Below, piece after piece: positions 1 to 12,177 of a DNA stretch of 64,000 nt (positions are counted from its first letter, which is position 1; each line of letters opens with the position of its first letter). Under the pieces are notes generated by a model. That model saw nothing but the letters and a program-made list of their open reading frames with translations, searched no databases and had not been told where the DNA came from. Both the position numbers and the translations under genes were made by a program. The stretch spans positions 1-64,000 of the forward strand of contig JBEUKZ010000096.1 of assembly GCA_048128005.1 (NCBI GenBank), read 5' to 3'. The DNA comes from Veleropilina oligotropha (lineage: Eukaryota).

Positions 1-1059
1 CCTGAGTGGCTTCCCTTTGTCTATATTAGGTAGTAACAATGAACTGAAGAGGTCGAAATCACGGAAAACGTGGAAGACCTCGTTAAAATCGAATTAAACA
101 ACAACAACAACAATGAACTGCTCCAAACGGAAACAGACGAACGATAAGCAACGTTACGGGTAGCATCATGCGCATCAGGCCTCTGCGCACATCCGGATAA
201 ACCTCGTCCGAGAGGGCCACTCTGCTCGCATAGTCATAGTCTAGTCATAGTCTATAGACTATGCTCTCGCTGGTCCGCCTACTTCTTTCCCGACTGGAAT
301 ATCGTCTCTTTGAAATTTTCCAAACAATATGTATTTAATATATCAAATTTAGTTAAAAGTTAATTAAAATAAACTTTTAGAAGCGTTTGTGCAGTTAATT
401 AATTACCTACGCGGTGAATAAATTGGCTGAATATGGCTACGCGGAACTATTTGCTGTTTAACATCACTGTATTTCATATTTAAAACGTTGTTATTAGCCT
501 ACCCTTTTCTTGAAAACACTTAACCATGTCATTTGCACTTCATTAAATTACAAACTGAAGCGAAATAATATGTATATTAACTATGTGGCGGCTCGCCACA
601 TAGCGACCAGCGATAGCAGAGATATAAGCCTGGGCGTCGTTTCGTATTCTCTTTGCCTGGAGAGTGGCATAGTCATAGTCTAGTCATAGTCTTTATTACT
701 CGGGTGTTGAAGATATCGCTATCTCATAAAAATCTCGTATCTTACGGGTGTTGGATAAACAAATGACCTCCAACCCTCAATTTTGATTGGACAATAGCAA
801 TCTGCTGATGTAAGGTCACGGGACTACTTGTTTCATTGATAAATGTTACAACTTTTACTATCAAGCAAATGTCTCACGACTGCCGTCGGAACGACATCTT
901 ATAAAGCAACGAAACTTCAAAGTATAATTAAAATAACTACAAACATTGGTAAAATAAATAAAAGTAAGCATACAATAAAATAGTATTTACAAATAATAAT
1001 TATGACAAAATATAAAATAAATTTTGATGCGTCGTCTGCTTAGAGTCAAGATGGAGACA

Positions 1060-1502
1060 TCTTAATATAATGGAGCTATAATTGTATGTGTGTGTGTGTG
1101 TGTGTCTGTCTGTCTGTCTGTTTCAAGTTGAACTCCTCCCAGACGCTTTGACCTAGGACCTTCAAACTTTGGGGGGTTAATCGGGGTCCCCCAAGGAAGG
1201 TTTACCACGAAAAAAAATCGGAAAATTCGGGAATCTTAATATAATGGAGCTATAATTGTATGTGTGTGTGTGTGTGTGTCTGTCTGTCTGTCTGTTTCAA
1301 GTTGAACTCCTCCCAGACGCTTTGACCTAGGACCTTCAAACTTTGGGGGGTTAATCGGGGTCCCCCAAGGAAGGTTTACCACGAAAAAAAATCGGAAAAT
1401 TCGGGAAAAAAAAAAATTATTTAAGGGAGCACTATCCAAAAAAAAAAAAAAAAAAAATTGGGGTGGGGGGACTTACCCGGCGGAGACGGGTACCATTGCT
1501 AG
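1060..1502 (+). mobile_element. Non-autonomous Helitron with a tandem duplication of its 5' end
   Basis: Starts TC, ends CTAG, sits between A(1059) and T(1503). Subterminal hairpin ACCCGGCGGAGACGGGT and internal (GT)n(GTCT)n. The 5' 174 bp (1060-1233) repeats from 1234. Second copy at 23912-24177 (-). Confidence 0.8.
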
Positions 1503-1659
1503 TCTATATCAATTATCTGTGTTAATGATTGCGTGAAAATTGACGGGAAAGTGCGTGGACGAGTTATGTCAGTAGTTCAACCAGTCAATAACGCCACCCC
1601 CAACCTCTGGATCGATCATCGACTCATCAAAAGCAGGGGACAGGAAGTCACTGGTGTTG

Positions 1660-2830
1660 GCCATTGAAAAACAGGGATGGTTACCTCCAATGAGGTGAGA
1701 GCTAACATTCTCAATCAGCAAATTTTCTACGCTTTCACCCGTGAAAACACAACCAACATTCCAGACATGGGACAGTGCAACATACCATCAATGCCAAACA
1801 TAACAATTGACTGGAAGGGTGTCTACAAACTACTGATGAACCTCATCTTAGAAGAAGTGCCTAAAGACTGGCAGAATGCCTCGGTAGCTCTACTATACAA
1901 GAAAGGCAACCGACACTGAGCATCCAACTACAGACCAGTGTTCTTGACGTCGATGACGTGCAGGCTATTGGAGCACATAGTGTATAGCAATGTCATGCAG
2001 CATTTTGAAAAAGCACGACGTTCTATGCAACAACCAGGCCGGGTGGCTTCCGTAAGCTCGTGCGAGACTCAACTCCTTACCACCATCCTGGAAATTGCCT
2101 CTATCACAGCCAAGGGGAAGCAGTAGATCATACTGGACTTTGCCAAAACCTTTTACAAAGACCCTCACGCCCTGCTTTTGCGCAAGTTGGATCACTATGG
2201 TGTAAGGGGCAACGTCAAGAGATGAGTACAGCCTTTACCAACCGAAAACAACAAGTCGTCCTTGATAGTGCAAAGTCAGGAACAGCAGACGTACTATCCG
2301 GCGTTCCACAACGGACGGTAGTCGGCCCGTTGCTGTTTTCAGACCTCCCAGATGTGATCAAGTCTTCATCTTCCATGCTTTTCGCTGACGACACTGTCAT
2401 AAGAATCGCCGGTCGATGCCGAAATATCATAGACACCAAATACAGTCTCCATGGCCACACCCTTGGAGTGGTCGACGCAAGCAAATACCTTCGGGTCACC
2501 ATCACTGAAAGCATCACTTGAGAGAAACATATAGGCAACATCACAAGCAAGGCCAATCGAACAATGGGATTTATACGTAGAAACCTAAGGGAAAACACAT
2601 CGCCTGTCAATGAGGCTTCTTTCAAGGCCATGGTCTGACCACAACTAGAGAATGCTTCCATCGCCTGGGAATCACACCAACAAAGCAAATCAACGCCATT
2701 CAGCAGGTTCCACGTCGAGCGGCCCGCTCTATCTTCAACGACTATAATTCTACGAAGACCTCAGGATGCGTCTCTAATGTGTTAAAAGACCTCAATTGGG
2801 AGTCCATCGAACAGCGTCGAAAACACATCC
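1660..2830 (+). pseudogene. Decayed non-LTR retrotransposon (LINE) reverse transcriptase fragment
   Basis: RT motifs scattered over frames with stops: VPKDWQNASVALLYKKG, NYRPVFLTS, SCETQL, SGVPQRTVVGPLLF, LFADD, KYLRVTI. Confidence 0.85.
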
Positions 2831-4020
2831 ATTACACTTAGCACCATTCAAAATGGATTGACCCGATTGAATTTTGCTGGTTTATATCGGCAGTGGTTGG
2901 TGATAAATTTAGCCAAGTTCATTTATATTTCCTAATTTGATATGTTCTGGCTATTATCGACACTGCGACCTAGATCATATGATTTTGACATCGGATCACC
3001 ATAAAACCATCATAAATTATTATAAAGTCGGCTTTCCAAACACTTTACACTAGATACATGGTTGCCTAGCAGTAATAAATTGAATTGAATTGATAGAAAA
3101 GAATTTCACTTCCAACAACGGGGGTGGGCTACATCCTGAATACTGTCGTGAATCGTTGCTTGCCCGCTGTAATTAAGGTGAATCGACTTTTCTCACTTAA
3201 TCTATTTCGCACAATTATTTGCTTCGAATCACTCTAGTTTTAACGACTATAATTCAGACATTTGTTCATCGCGTCTGAAGCGAGTACATCGGATTAATAC
3301 GTCACCATCTGCGGTCTTAAGCGGCAAAAATCGAAATGGTCATTTAATGAAGGGGAGATTTCACCTAGGCGTCAACGGCATCCGGCAAAAAACATCGCTC
3401 ATGTAGCAACTGATACCGTTACCAGACGGGGAATTCCACAATATGACGTGATTTTAAGGGCTTTCGCAGTCTTTGTAGTGAACAAATAGCTCTAGCATCT
3501 CTTGGCCGACACTCTGTTTCACCGGGTTCTCTTCTACGAGCAATAATAATTGGGTAAATTGTTCTGCATTGAAACTTCTTTTCATCAAGTTGTTGTTCGT
3601 TAACCATTTTATAAAAACACCCCTTCTGTCGACGTTTGAGCTGGATAATATGCACCTAGCAGCGATTTTGTCTTATCTTCTTGTTGTCCATCAATTTCAA
3701 CAGTTCAGAAGCAATTCTTATGACCAAAATTCAGCAAAAACTAATGCATCAAATATCCAACACTGTGAGAGGATTATGGCCAAAATAATGAAACCGCATG
3801 TGTTTGCGGTGTATAAATGAAATGGAAGTTGTCGATTGCCTGATGCCGGATTGCCGCATATATAAGGAATGTTAGCTTTAGACTAATATATATACTGCGT
3901 GGGACTGGCAAGTTAACCGACGCCATTTCGACTTCTATTCTTCTCTTTACAAAATTAAACTTGGTGACGCCGTTCAATTTTCATATTTCATCTTTGCTCT
4001 TATCAAATCATCAATTGAAT

Positions 4021-4476
<456 letters not shown>

Positions 4477-4944
4477 AATACTCTAGTAAAGGTCCCAACT
4501 ACGTATGGCATATTGACGGCTACGATAAGTTGAAACCGTACGGCATTGCCATACATGGCTGTATTAATGGGTTTTCGTGTCAGATAATATGGATGGAAGC
4601 TCACAAGACAAGCAATGACTCACAGGTCATCGAACATTACTTTATTGACGATGTCAAGAATAAGTCTGGATACCCACAGCGAGTGAGAGCCGATATGGGT
4701 ACGGAAAATGTTTACGTGGAGCAAATGCAAATATTTCTGAGACGCAACCACATGGATGCACTTGCTGGAGAGAGAAGTTTCCTGTACGCTAAAAGCACGA
4801 ATAATCAAAGAATAGTGGTTCTGGGGATTGTGTCAGTTTTGGATGACAATGTTCAGGTCGTTTACTGAGGAGGAAAATGTAATGTTTTGTGGCGACTTAC
4901 TGGATAAGAGTTTGATACAATTTTGCTTTATGGATATCATTCAA
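4477..4944 (+). pseudogene. IS3/retroviral-type integrase (DDE) core fragment, IS3EU-like transposase
   Basis: YSSKGPNYVWHIDGYDKLKPYGIAIHGCINGFS...PQRVRADMGTEN...STNNQRI. Frameshift near 4815, then LIQFCFMDIIQ followed by a GTAAG donor at 4945. Confidence 0.75.
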
Positions 4945-5234
4945 GTAAGATATAAATATAGATTGCATATAATAGTTATTTTCATTTCGCGAAGTCCGTA
5001 ACGTTTGATTGGCCTATATGACGTCGCATTGAGTTTGATACGACGTTGGCATGGGCGTAGGAAGCAATTTCAAAGTGTGGGGGGGGGCATATTTACTATC
5101 CACTGTCCGCGGGAGGAAAATTTTTGCTTATTTAACGGCGTGAAACGGATTCTCTTGCATTCTAAGGGGAAATATAAAGTTTTAGAGCACCATTTTCTGA
5201 CAAAATATACTGCTGATCGGAATATCTGGAATGA

Positions 5235-6965
5235 TTAATATCCGTTCGGTAGCTCCAGCATGCACGAACAAGTATGACCAATCGGGCGTCTGCCTAACCC
5301 AGACGTATTGACAAAACAAATTTCAATATTATCGAATGTCAACAAAACGGAACCAGTACAAAATCTTAGAAAATTTCCATGATTTTGCTCCTCAAGTTCA
5401 CTTATGAAACGTTTAAGATGGTTGGCTACCTCATGATCTTCTCCAGACATCGTCACTGGACACTTTATCCTTTGGGTTACACGTCTTGTTTATGGGAGTA
5501 ACTCTTCATATAGGCATTGCAAACGTTCACGTGTGAGTGAAATATGCTTTAAAACTGGGTGCCAAAAGTCTATAATGAACATTCTAGACTGAATCAGTTC
5601 CTTGTGCGCAATTTCACCCACTATATACGCTCAATGTTACTTTCGTTTGGAATGGTCTTAACATCATGGCTGCTGAGAGTATCAAGCAAGTCGTCTTTTG
5701 ATACTGCCAGACCAGACAGTGATCGTTTAAGTATGTCCCGATCACATCGAGGCAATGTTTAAAGAAATTCTTCTTTCATGTCACATGTGTAGTTGCCAAA
5801 AATGCAGCATTCCATAAACGACCTGGCGTGTCTGATGGGAAAGTAGCCTATATTATTCCACCCAAAGATGAGTATTTTGGACGCTGCCGTCCACTGCTCG
5901 CTCCCATAATCGGGGCGAATGCATGGAACTTTGAAGTCGGTTCCCACGGTATTTTCGTCATAGAAGGACGCCTCTGGTAACGCACACAGAATCCTCTGCA
6001 TTTTCGACATTTCCATTTGGGAGACCTACCCGTATATTAATAACATCTAGGAATGGATCAACATTTGCTTTTTCAAATTCTCCATTCATTTCTCTCAAAA
6101 TATTTCCACGGTGTACGCGCAATATGTAAGGGGGAAAATATTGTATCATCTAGATCAATGACACTGGGTTGATAAGTTGACGCATCCAATTTTGGAAAAG
6201 TAACAACGCCATCGATTTTACTCATTGTAGGTAATATGCCAGATTGCTTTGCGGCATCCTCTATAATTGATTCGGCACGCCCTGCTGCAGTCAAGTGACA
6301 TTGTTCAATGCTGGAATCATTATCGATGTCTGGAAGCGAAAATGTGTCATTCACTTGAGATGCATCATCCTTATTTACATTCATAAGAATTTCCGTAGTC
6401 ATGTTGTGTTGTTTTGGTGTTGAAGTTAGGTAAAACCGAAGGCGCCCAAGTCCTGTCTTATCGTACAGCTCACCTATGGTAGCGTTTTCCTGCAAAACTG
6501 TTTGTTGATAATCGGCGACTCCAAAGTTGAATTTACGCCTATGTCCTTTTAAGGATTCATTATTTTGGAAAACAAATCTAAAGCTTTCTCGATGATGTCT
6601 TCTCGTTTTGCAGTCTGGGAAATAGTTGTCCTCCGAGTTCCCCCACCTTGCTTTGCACTGATCCCTTTATTAGTATTAATCCAACACAACTCAATAATTC
6701 TATTGGTTTTCTTTGCATTTTTGCTTTCCCGTAGATTGAAAGTCGAACCTCTCCCAAGTGCCTGATATGGATGATCGAGTGACTCGTCATCAGATGCTCG
6801 ATTACTAAGCTTTTGCCTTAATCGTGACAAGAGTTTCCCTGATTTGGATACTCCAGCATGGCGCTTTTCTCGTAGGAATTTTCTTACTTTTAATCGATCT
6901 CCAAGACATGGAATGTACTTGCTCAATTCCTCATCACATCAGAGTTGGATAACACTGCAATCAAT
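5235..6965 (-). pseudogene. Exon 2 of a decayed SAM-like + HECT-domain E3 ubiquitin ligase gene (G2E3-like)
   Basis: Acceptor TTTGCAG at 6966. IDCSVIQL*CDEELSKYIPCLGDR (SAM-like); LRVHRGNILREM...ENAEDSVCVTR (HECT start); VPCIRPDY..EQW..GYFPI; FLRFCTGS..RRPIGHTCSCMLELP (HECT catalytic Cys motif). Several frameshifts and stops. Confidence 0.75.
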
Positions 6966-8720
6966 CTGCAAACAAAAAAGCAATTAATTATCGTAAGCTC
7001 TCTCGAATTAAAATAAAATTCAAGCAGTTCTGCATATATATATTTTTGATCGATGATTAATGTCTCATGTTTTTAACACCATTCGGGGTCAAATCAGGAC
7101 ACGTACATATTATCGCGGGAGGAAAACCCAATCGACTGTGAAAGCCTGACCTCAGCGATCAGTTATGGACAAAGTGCCCAACCGAGGATTTAAACCCAAT
7201 CCTGTTAATCAAAGCATTGAAGAGAGTGACCTGGGAGCTACGTTCGTATCCACTACGCTACCGGACTGCCCGCTTTTATAAATATAATGCTAACATAGAA
7301 AAGGTAACATCTTCGACAAGTCGTCAGATAACACAAGGGTCGTGGTATAGCCAGGTGTTACTATACCAAAATTATATCGACTGCTAAATGGCATTAACTT
7401 ATTATAAGAGCAAATTTGGCTACATTGTCGGATTAGACATGTTTCACTGTACATACAAAATGTATGATCCTCATACAGGCCCAAATACTGCTTTTAGAAA
7501 TACATTTTGAGGATAAAATAATCATTTAACTCAACCAAAAAATGACAGACGGTAGATTCTTCACAAAAGATTCACATGACCTTCCTTGACGTTTAACACA
7601 GTGATCTCGGGTCGCCCGATGGCCGTGAATAACAAATCTGTTTGACCTGTCTGCTATGTCATTTCAGTGTGTGTTCGAATCCTCTCGAATGAAACGTTTG
7701 AGTTATCAGACTCAGTTATCCATAACTGGCCTGTGCGGGTGGGTTTCACTCTTTATTATGGGCTTTCCTCCAACCATAATATGGACATGTGATGTCCCGG
7801 TATGACCTGAAAAAGGTGTTAAATGAGACCAAAAACCAAACTCGCTGCCTCACAGTGATCTCACCTTGAAACTCAGGCAGGCATGATGATATGCAAGGTG
7901 CGTGCGAAGTTTGAGTGTTGACACTTAAACATTTCCTTAGCTGTGTGTTAAAGGAATCATAATATAAATAGACAATAAACGACCTTTATCTTCGAACTTA
8001 TGCAAGGCATGATAGTTAGCATGCACGATGTAGGTCAAGGCATGATAGTTAGCATGCAAGATGTAGGTCTAGCAATGTTCCAATGGCCAGAATGTATATA
8101 CACAAAAATGAGCTTGAACTTTGGTACAACACAGCGACCTCTCCTTTGAACCTAGGCAAGGTCTGCTGGTATACATGTTGTACATCAAATATGTATGGTG
8201 TATCCAGCAGTTCGTCTTCTATGTGATAGGAAGCGATCGAACTTCCAAGTGACAGAATGTAATAATTGTGTAGATATTTAAATCAAATTCTTCGTACGAC
8301 ATTCGTGTATAATTATTCATATTCCGCTCTGTATGCACTATGCATGTATGCAGAGGATGAGCGTGTCTTAATAGTTATGATTCTGGACCACGATGCTAGC
8401 TACTCGATTGCGATTTCCTCAGAATTGCTCACAGGGAGGCCTACAGGTACGGAAGCGTATTTGGGCCACAAAGAAATAAAAAAAATCTACTTTTACTTTA
8501 ACCATTTAGCATTTAAAGAGGACAAAACAGGCAGCAAAAAACAGAGGCTCTACTCTTCAAACTGTCCGCATCCGGCCAACATTTCCGATGCTATTATCAT
8601 CATACATACAGCTGTAATATCAAGTTAATTGCAAGAGTTTGTACAGAACCAATCTGTTGCCATTAATACATAGATACATAAGACATAATGATATAAGCCA
8701 ATTGGTAATATAAATGCTAA

Positions 8721-9827
8721 AAGGGAATCTGGTAGGTCTATAGCCCAGTACGGGTATTAGATGGGTTAGCGTGGGTTTCGCACGTATTCGTGCTTGCTTA
8801 GGCCATACTTGCTAGAGAAAGGTTCCGTCGTTTGTAAAATTCTTTTATTTCGAGATGAAGGTTTCATTAATAAATTATAAGTACACGCATTATATAGGGT
8901 ATAACACACTATCATCAAGGTGTTAACATGGCATGAAACTCTCATTGTGGTACATATCATTTGTTTCCATTTTAAAGAAGACAAACGATTCAGTTGACAA
9001 TAAAATTTACATATTAGGATCTTAATATGACTAATAATATTAATGCCAATGCTGATGCGCTTTTATTAAGTATATACTAAGTAGTAAAACAGAGCGACTG
9101 CCTCCGCTGTCCAATGGGTTAGTAAGTTGCTCCAGATCCACTTGCACTGACTGCGCATATTCGAGCTTGTAGGTTCGAGATCGGCCGAATTTGATTTAGA
9201 CCCATCAGTCAGTTTACCGGGTATTCCGGCATTTCCTCCACCGATGATATTGGCATATCCCAAAACGAACGTAGCTGTTAAACGTGATATTAAGCCGCAA
9301 TGTCAATACCAATATCAGTAAAGCATATTGATAAAGAAATTTCGGATTTCATAGCAAATGAACGATTAATTCGAACAATTTCCTCATTATTGGAAGGGGA
9401 CTGGTTCTACTTAGTATCTTCCGATTCTATTTTTCCTTCAAATAATGCAGCAGAACATATACAAAGTCAAATTGGCTGAAAGTACTTGGCCCAATTTAAC
9501 AGCTACGTTCGTTTGGGGATATGTCAATATCATAGCTGGAGGAAAGGCCGGAATACCCGATAAACTGACTGATGGGTCTAAATCAAATTCGTCCGATGTC
9601 GACAGTTTCATGCCATGTTAACACGTTGATGATCGAGTGTTATACACTATAATATAATGCGTGTACTTATAATTTATTAATGAAACCTTCATCTCAAAAT
9701 AACATAATTTTACAAATGACGGAACCTTTCTCTAGCAAGTATGGTCTAAACAAGCACGAATACGTGCGAAACCCACGCCAACCCGTCTAATACCTGTACC
9801 GGGCCATAGACCTACCAGATACCCCTT
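8721..9827. mobile_element. MITE with about 220-bp TIRs, Kolobok-like
   Basis: 8721-8940 is the diverged reverse complement of 9604-9827. Termini AAGGG...CCCTT, flanks CTAA / TTAA. Confidence 0.6.
9095..9300 (+). mobile_element. tRNA-derived SINE (partial inverted copy at about 9494-9597)
   Basis: A-box-like TGTCCAATGGGTTAG, B-box-like GGTTCGAGATC, core CCGGGTATTCCGGCATTTCCTCC. Confidence 0.6.
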
Positions 9828-12177
9828 TTAAGTAAAAGTCGAAATTTCCACTTTTTTAAATTTCTTTGTGGCCCTAATACGCTTCCGTAATATGGCATCT
9901 CCATTGCATAGTATCCATATATCGGATAGAGACGCTAAGCCGATGCCACACTGCAGAAACGACTGAAAAATTGTAAAATTGTGGTAGAAAACTAAACTGA
10001 TTCCAATCACAATTGTCTTTAGCAGATTCATACATATATTTATGTGCACGGAGTGGATTGGGTACCGAGTGGTTTGGGTACTGAGTGACCTGATGAAAAG
10101 CTTACCAGTTATATCGTCCATCTGTCAAATCGTCCTCGGAGTGAAATCGTCCTCGGCTTGGTTAAATCGTCCTCGTTTTGCTATCGTCCACGGAGTGAAA
10201 TCGTCCTCGGTTTGGTTAAATCGTCCTCGTTTTGCTATCGTCCACGGGTCAGAACGTCCTTGCCTTTCGATTAATGATGTCTTATATAGCACACTACGAC
10301 CAGATTTCTTGTCGGAGGTTTAATATTGAATTAGTTTAACGATAGTTTTCGCTAAATCGACGATCATATTATTTAAACCGATTTCAGGTTCAAATGCATT
10401 ACGGCGCTCAGTAAAGTCACGGCTGCTTCGAGTACCTCCCCATAAACGGTCTTTTCAAGTCTTGTCACATAGACTGAGCAGAGTTCAACTGCGATTGAGG
10501 TTCAACCTTCGACAAGAAATCGGGCCTTCAAGTCTAACAATGACTAAAATGAGCAAATCCAAGTAAATAAATAATAATTTATTATCACGAAACATGAAGA
10601 AAAGTATATTTACACTACTATATTCTACATGTACACTGGTATACATGTATATGCAATCAGTACATCGGACAATAACCATTATTTGGAGAACATGAAGCAG
10701 AAAATAATCTATATATACATACATAATTTATTAATATTTACAAAGAAAATATATGCCTACATGTCAGTATTCGGCGAAACGATGTGCGCACAGCGACGTA
10801 GGAGGTGTCTTGCTGATATCTCTCCATCGAGGTAAGACGTCCAGATGGCGAACAATTGTCCCTGGGTCTGACGGTATTCTTTCCTCTGGCGTCGCTTTAC
10901 TTTGCTCTCTCCGATTAGACGCACATTTAAATCGACCAGCTGGCTCATTTCATCTAATAAACGTATCAAGAGGTAGAACGTGATATTGTCTCTTTTGGCG
11001 TGTCTATTCAGCATTCCATGCCAACCTTCACAGTCGTTGTTCGTACGAACTGCCTGACCGAAGACGCTCCATGTATCGGGGGTCCAAATAGAGCCGTTGA
11101 TCCAGCTGTCGCGGATATAATTCGTCAGATTGGTCAGGGCACTGTTTGTTGCTTTTGATTCGATTCTTTCGAACATAGTGGGAATTTGTTCTGCGGGAAG
11201 ATATGGTAGTGCCATAAACTGTTTACACACTTTATGGGTCGCATCGTCGTTTCTATAGGCCGTGGCTAAACCCAGCTCTTGGATCTTCCTCCAAATACAC
11301 TGAGTCCAATGAAAAGAGCATCCACGGATGATGACGTCGTTAAACACAAGCGGGATCGCCCTCCACATGGCACGTTCGAAGTCGATGACTATTTTCTTGA
11401 CGTTGCTGGCACCGATCAATTTCTTAATAGCCTCCATGACCTTTTTGTAATCTCGTTTTTTTCGTGAGGACATCAGGATGAATGCGAGGGGCACTTGCTT
11501 CATACTGTCACCAGATCGAACGAATGCGTGTACGCTCAGCAGTTGTGTGAATGGATCTTTCACCACTTTAAATGTCCCGTCGATGTACCACACTTTCGCT
11601 CGTCGCAGTAACTTGATCATGTTATCAGTGGCGAACAACAAGTGACGCTGGTTGTCGACGCGAATATCTTCTCGAAGGAAGTCCACCGGAATGTAGCTTT
11701 CGGCAATTTCGAATTGGAGATCGCTGGGTTCGTCTGGACGCATCTTCTGGCGATATCTGTTTGCTGTTCTGGCGAGGTATTCTGGCTTTTGGAGAGCTGT
11801 CAGCGGCTGGGATGAGGTTGGTACGCCTTCCTCTAACATTACTCGGTTGACGACGGTTGCGGCGGAGGTGAAAATCTCTGATGCAGCAGCTTTCTTTATC
11901 GTAGTCTTAATGCGCATCGCTGTGGTCGCACCCAGTTGAGCGGAATGGATATGCGGCTGCGGACCTCGCGTGAATGATTGTCCTTTCTGCTGGACGCTGG
12001 CCTTGCACCACACGTTTTTGTTTCGGATGCTACATGTCCACACTCGGTTTCCGTTCTTTCGCGTTGTTTTAACCGTATACGTGAAGCCGTTCGAATCTGC
12101 AAGTTTTTCTTTCATCTTCTGTGAACCGCTCGCAATTATTTCGTATGTCTCCGGCGTGGTGTACTGGGAAGCGTTTA

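Noticed and set aside
226..692. Direct repeat GCATAGTCATAGTCTAGTCATAGTCT around a short inverted pair
   Set aside because: Probably a small TE remnant; ends and family could not be defined.
5235..6965. Functional host G2E3 gene
   Set aside because: Multiple stops and frameshifts, a MITE in exon 1, no N-terminal PHD/RING region, and a transposon context.
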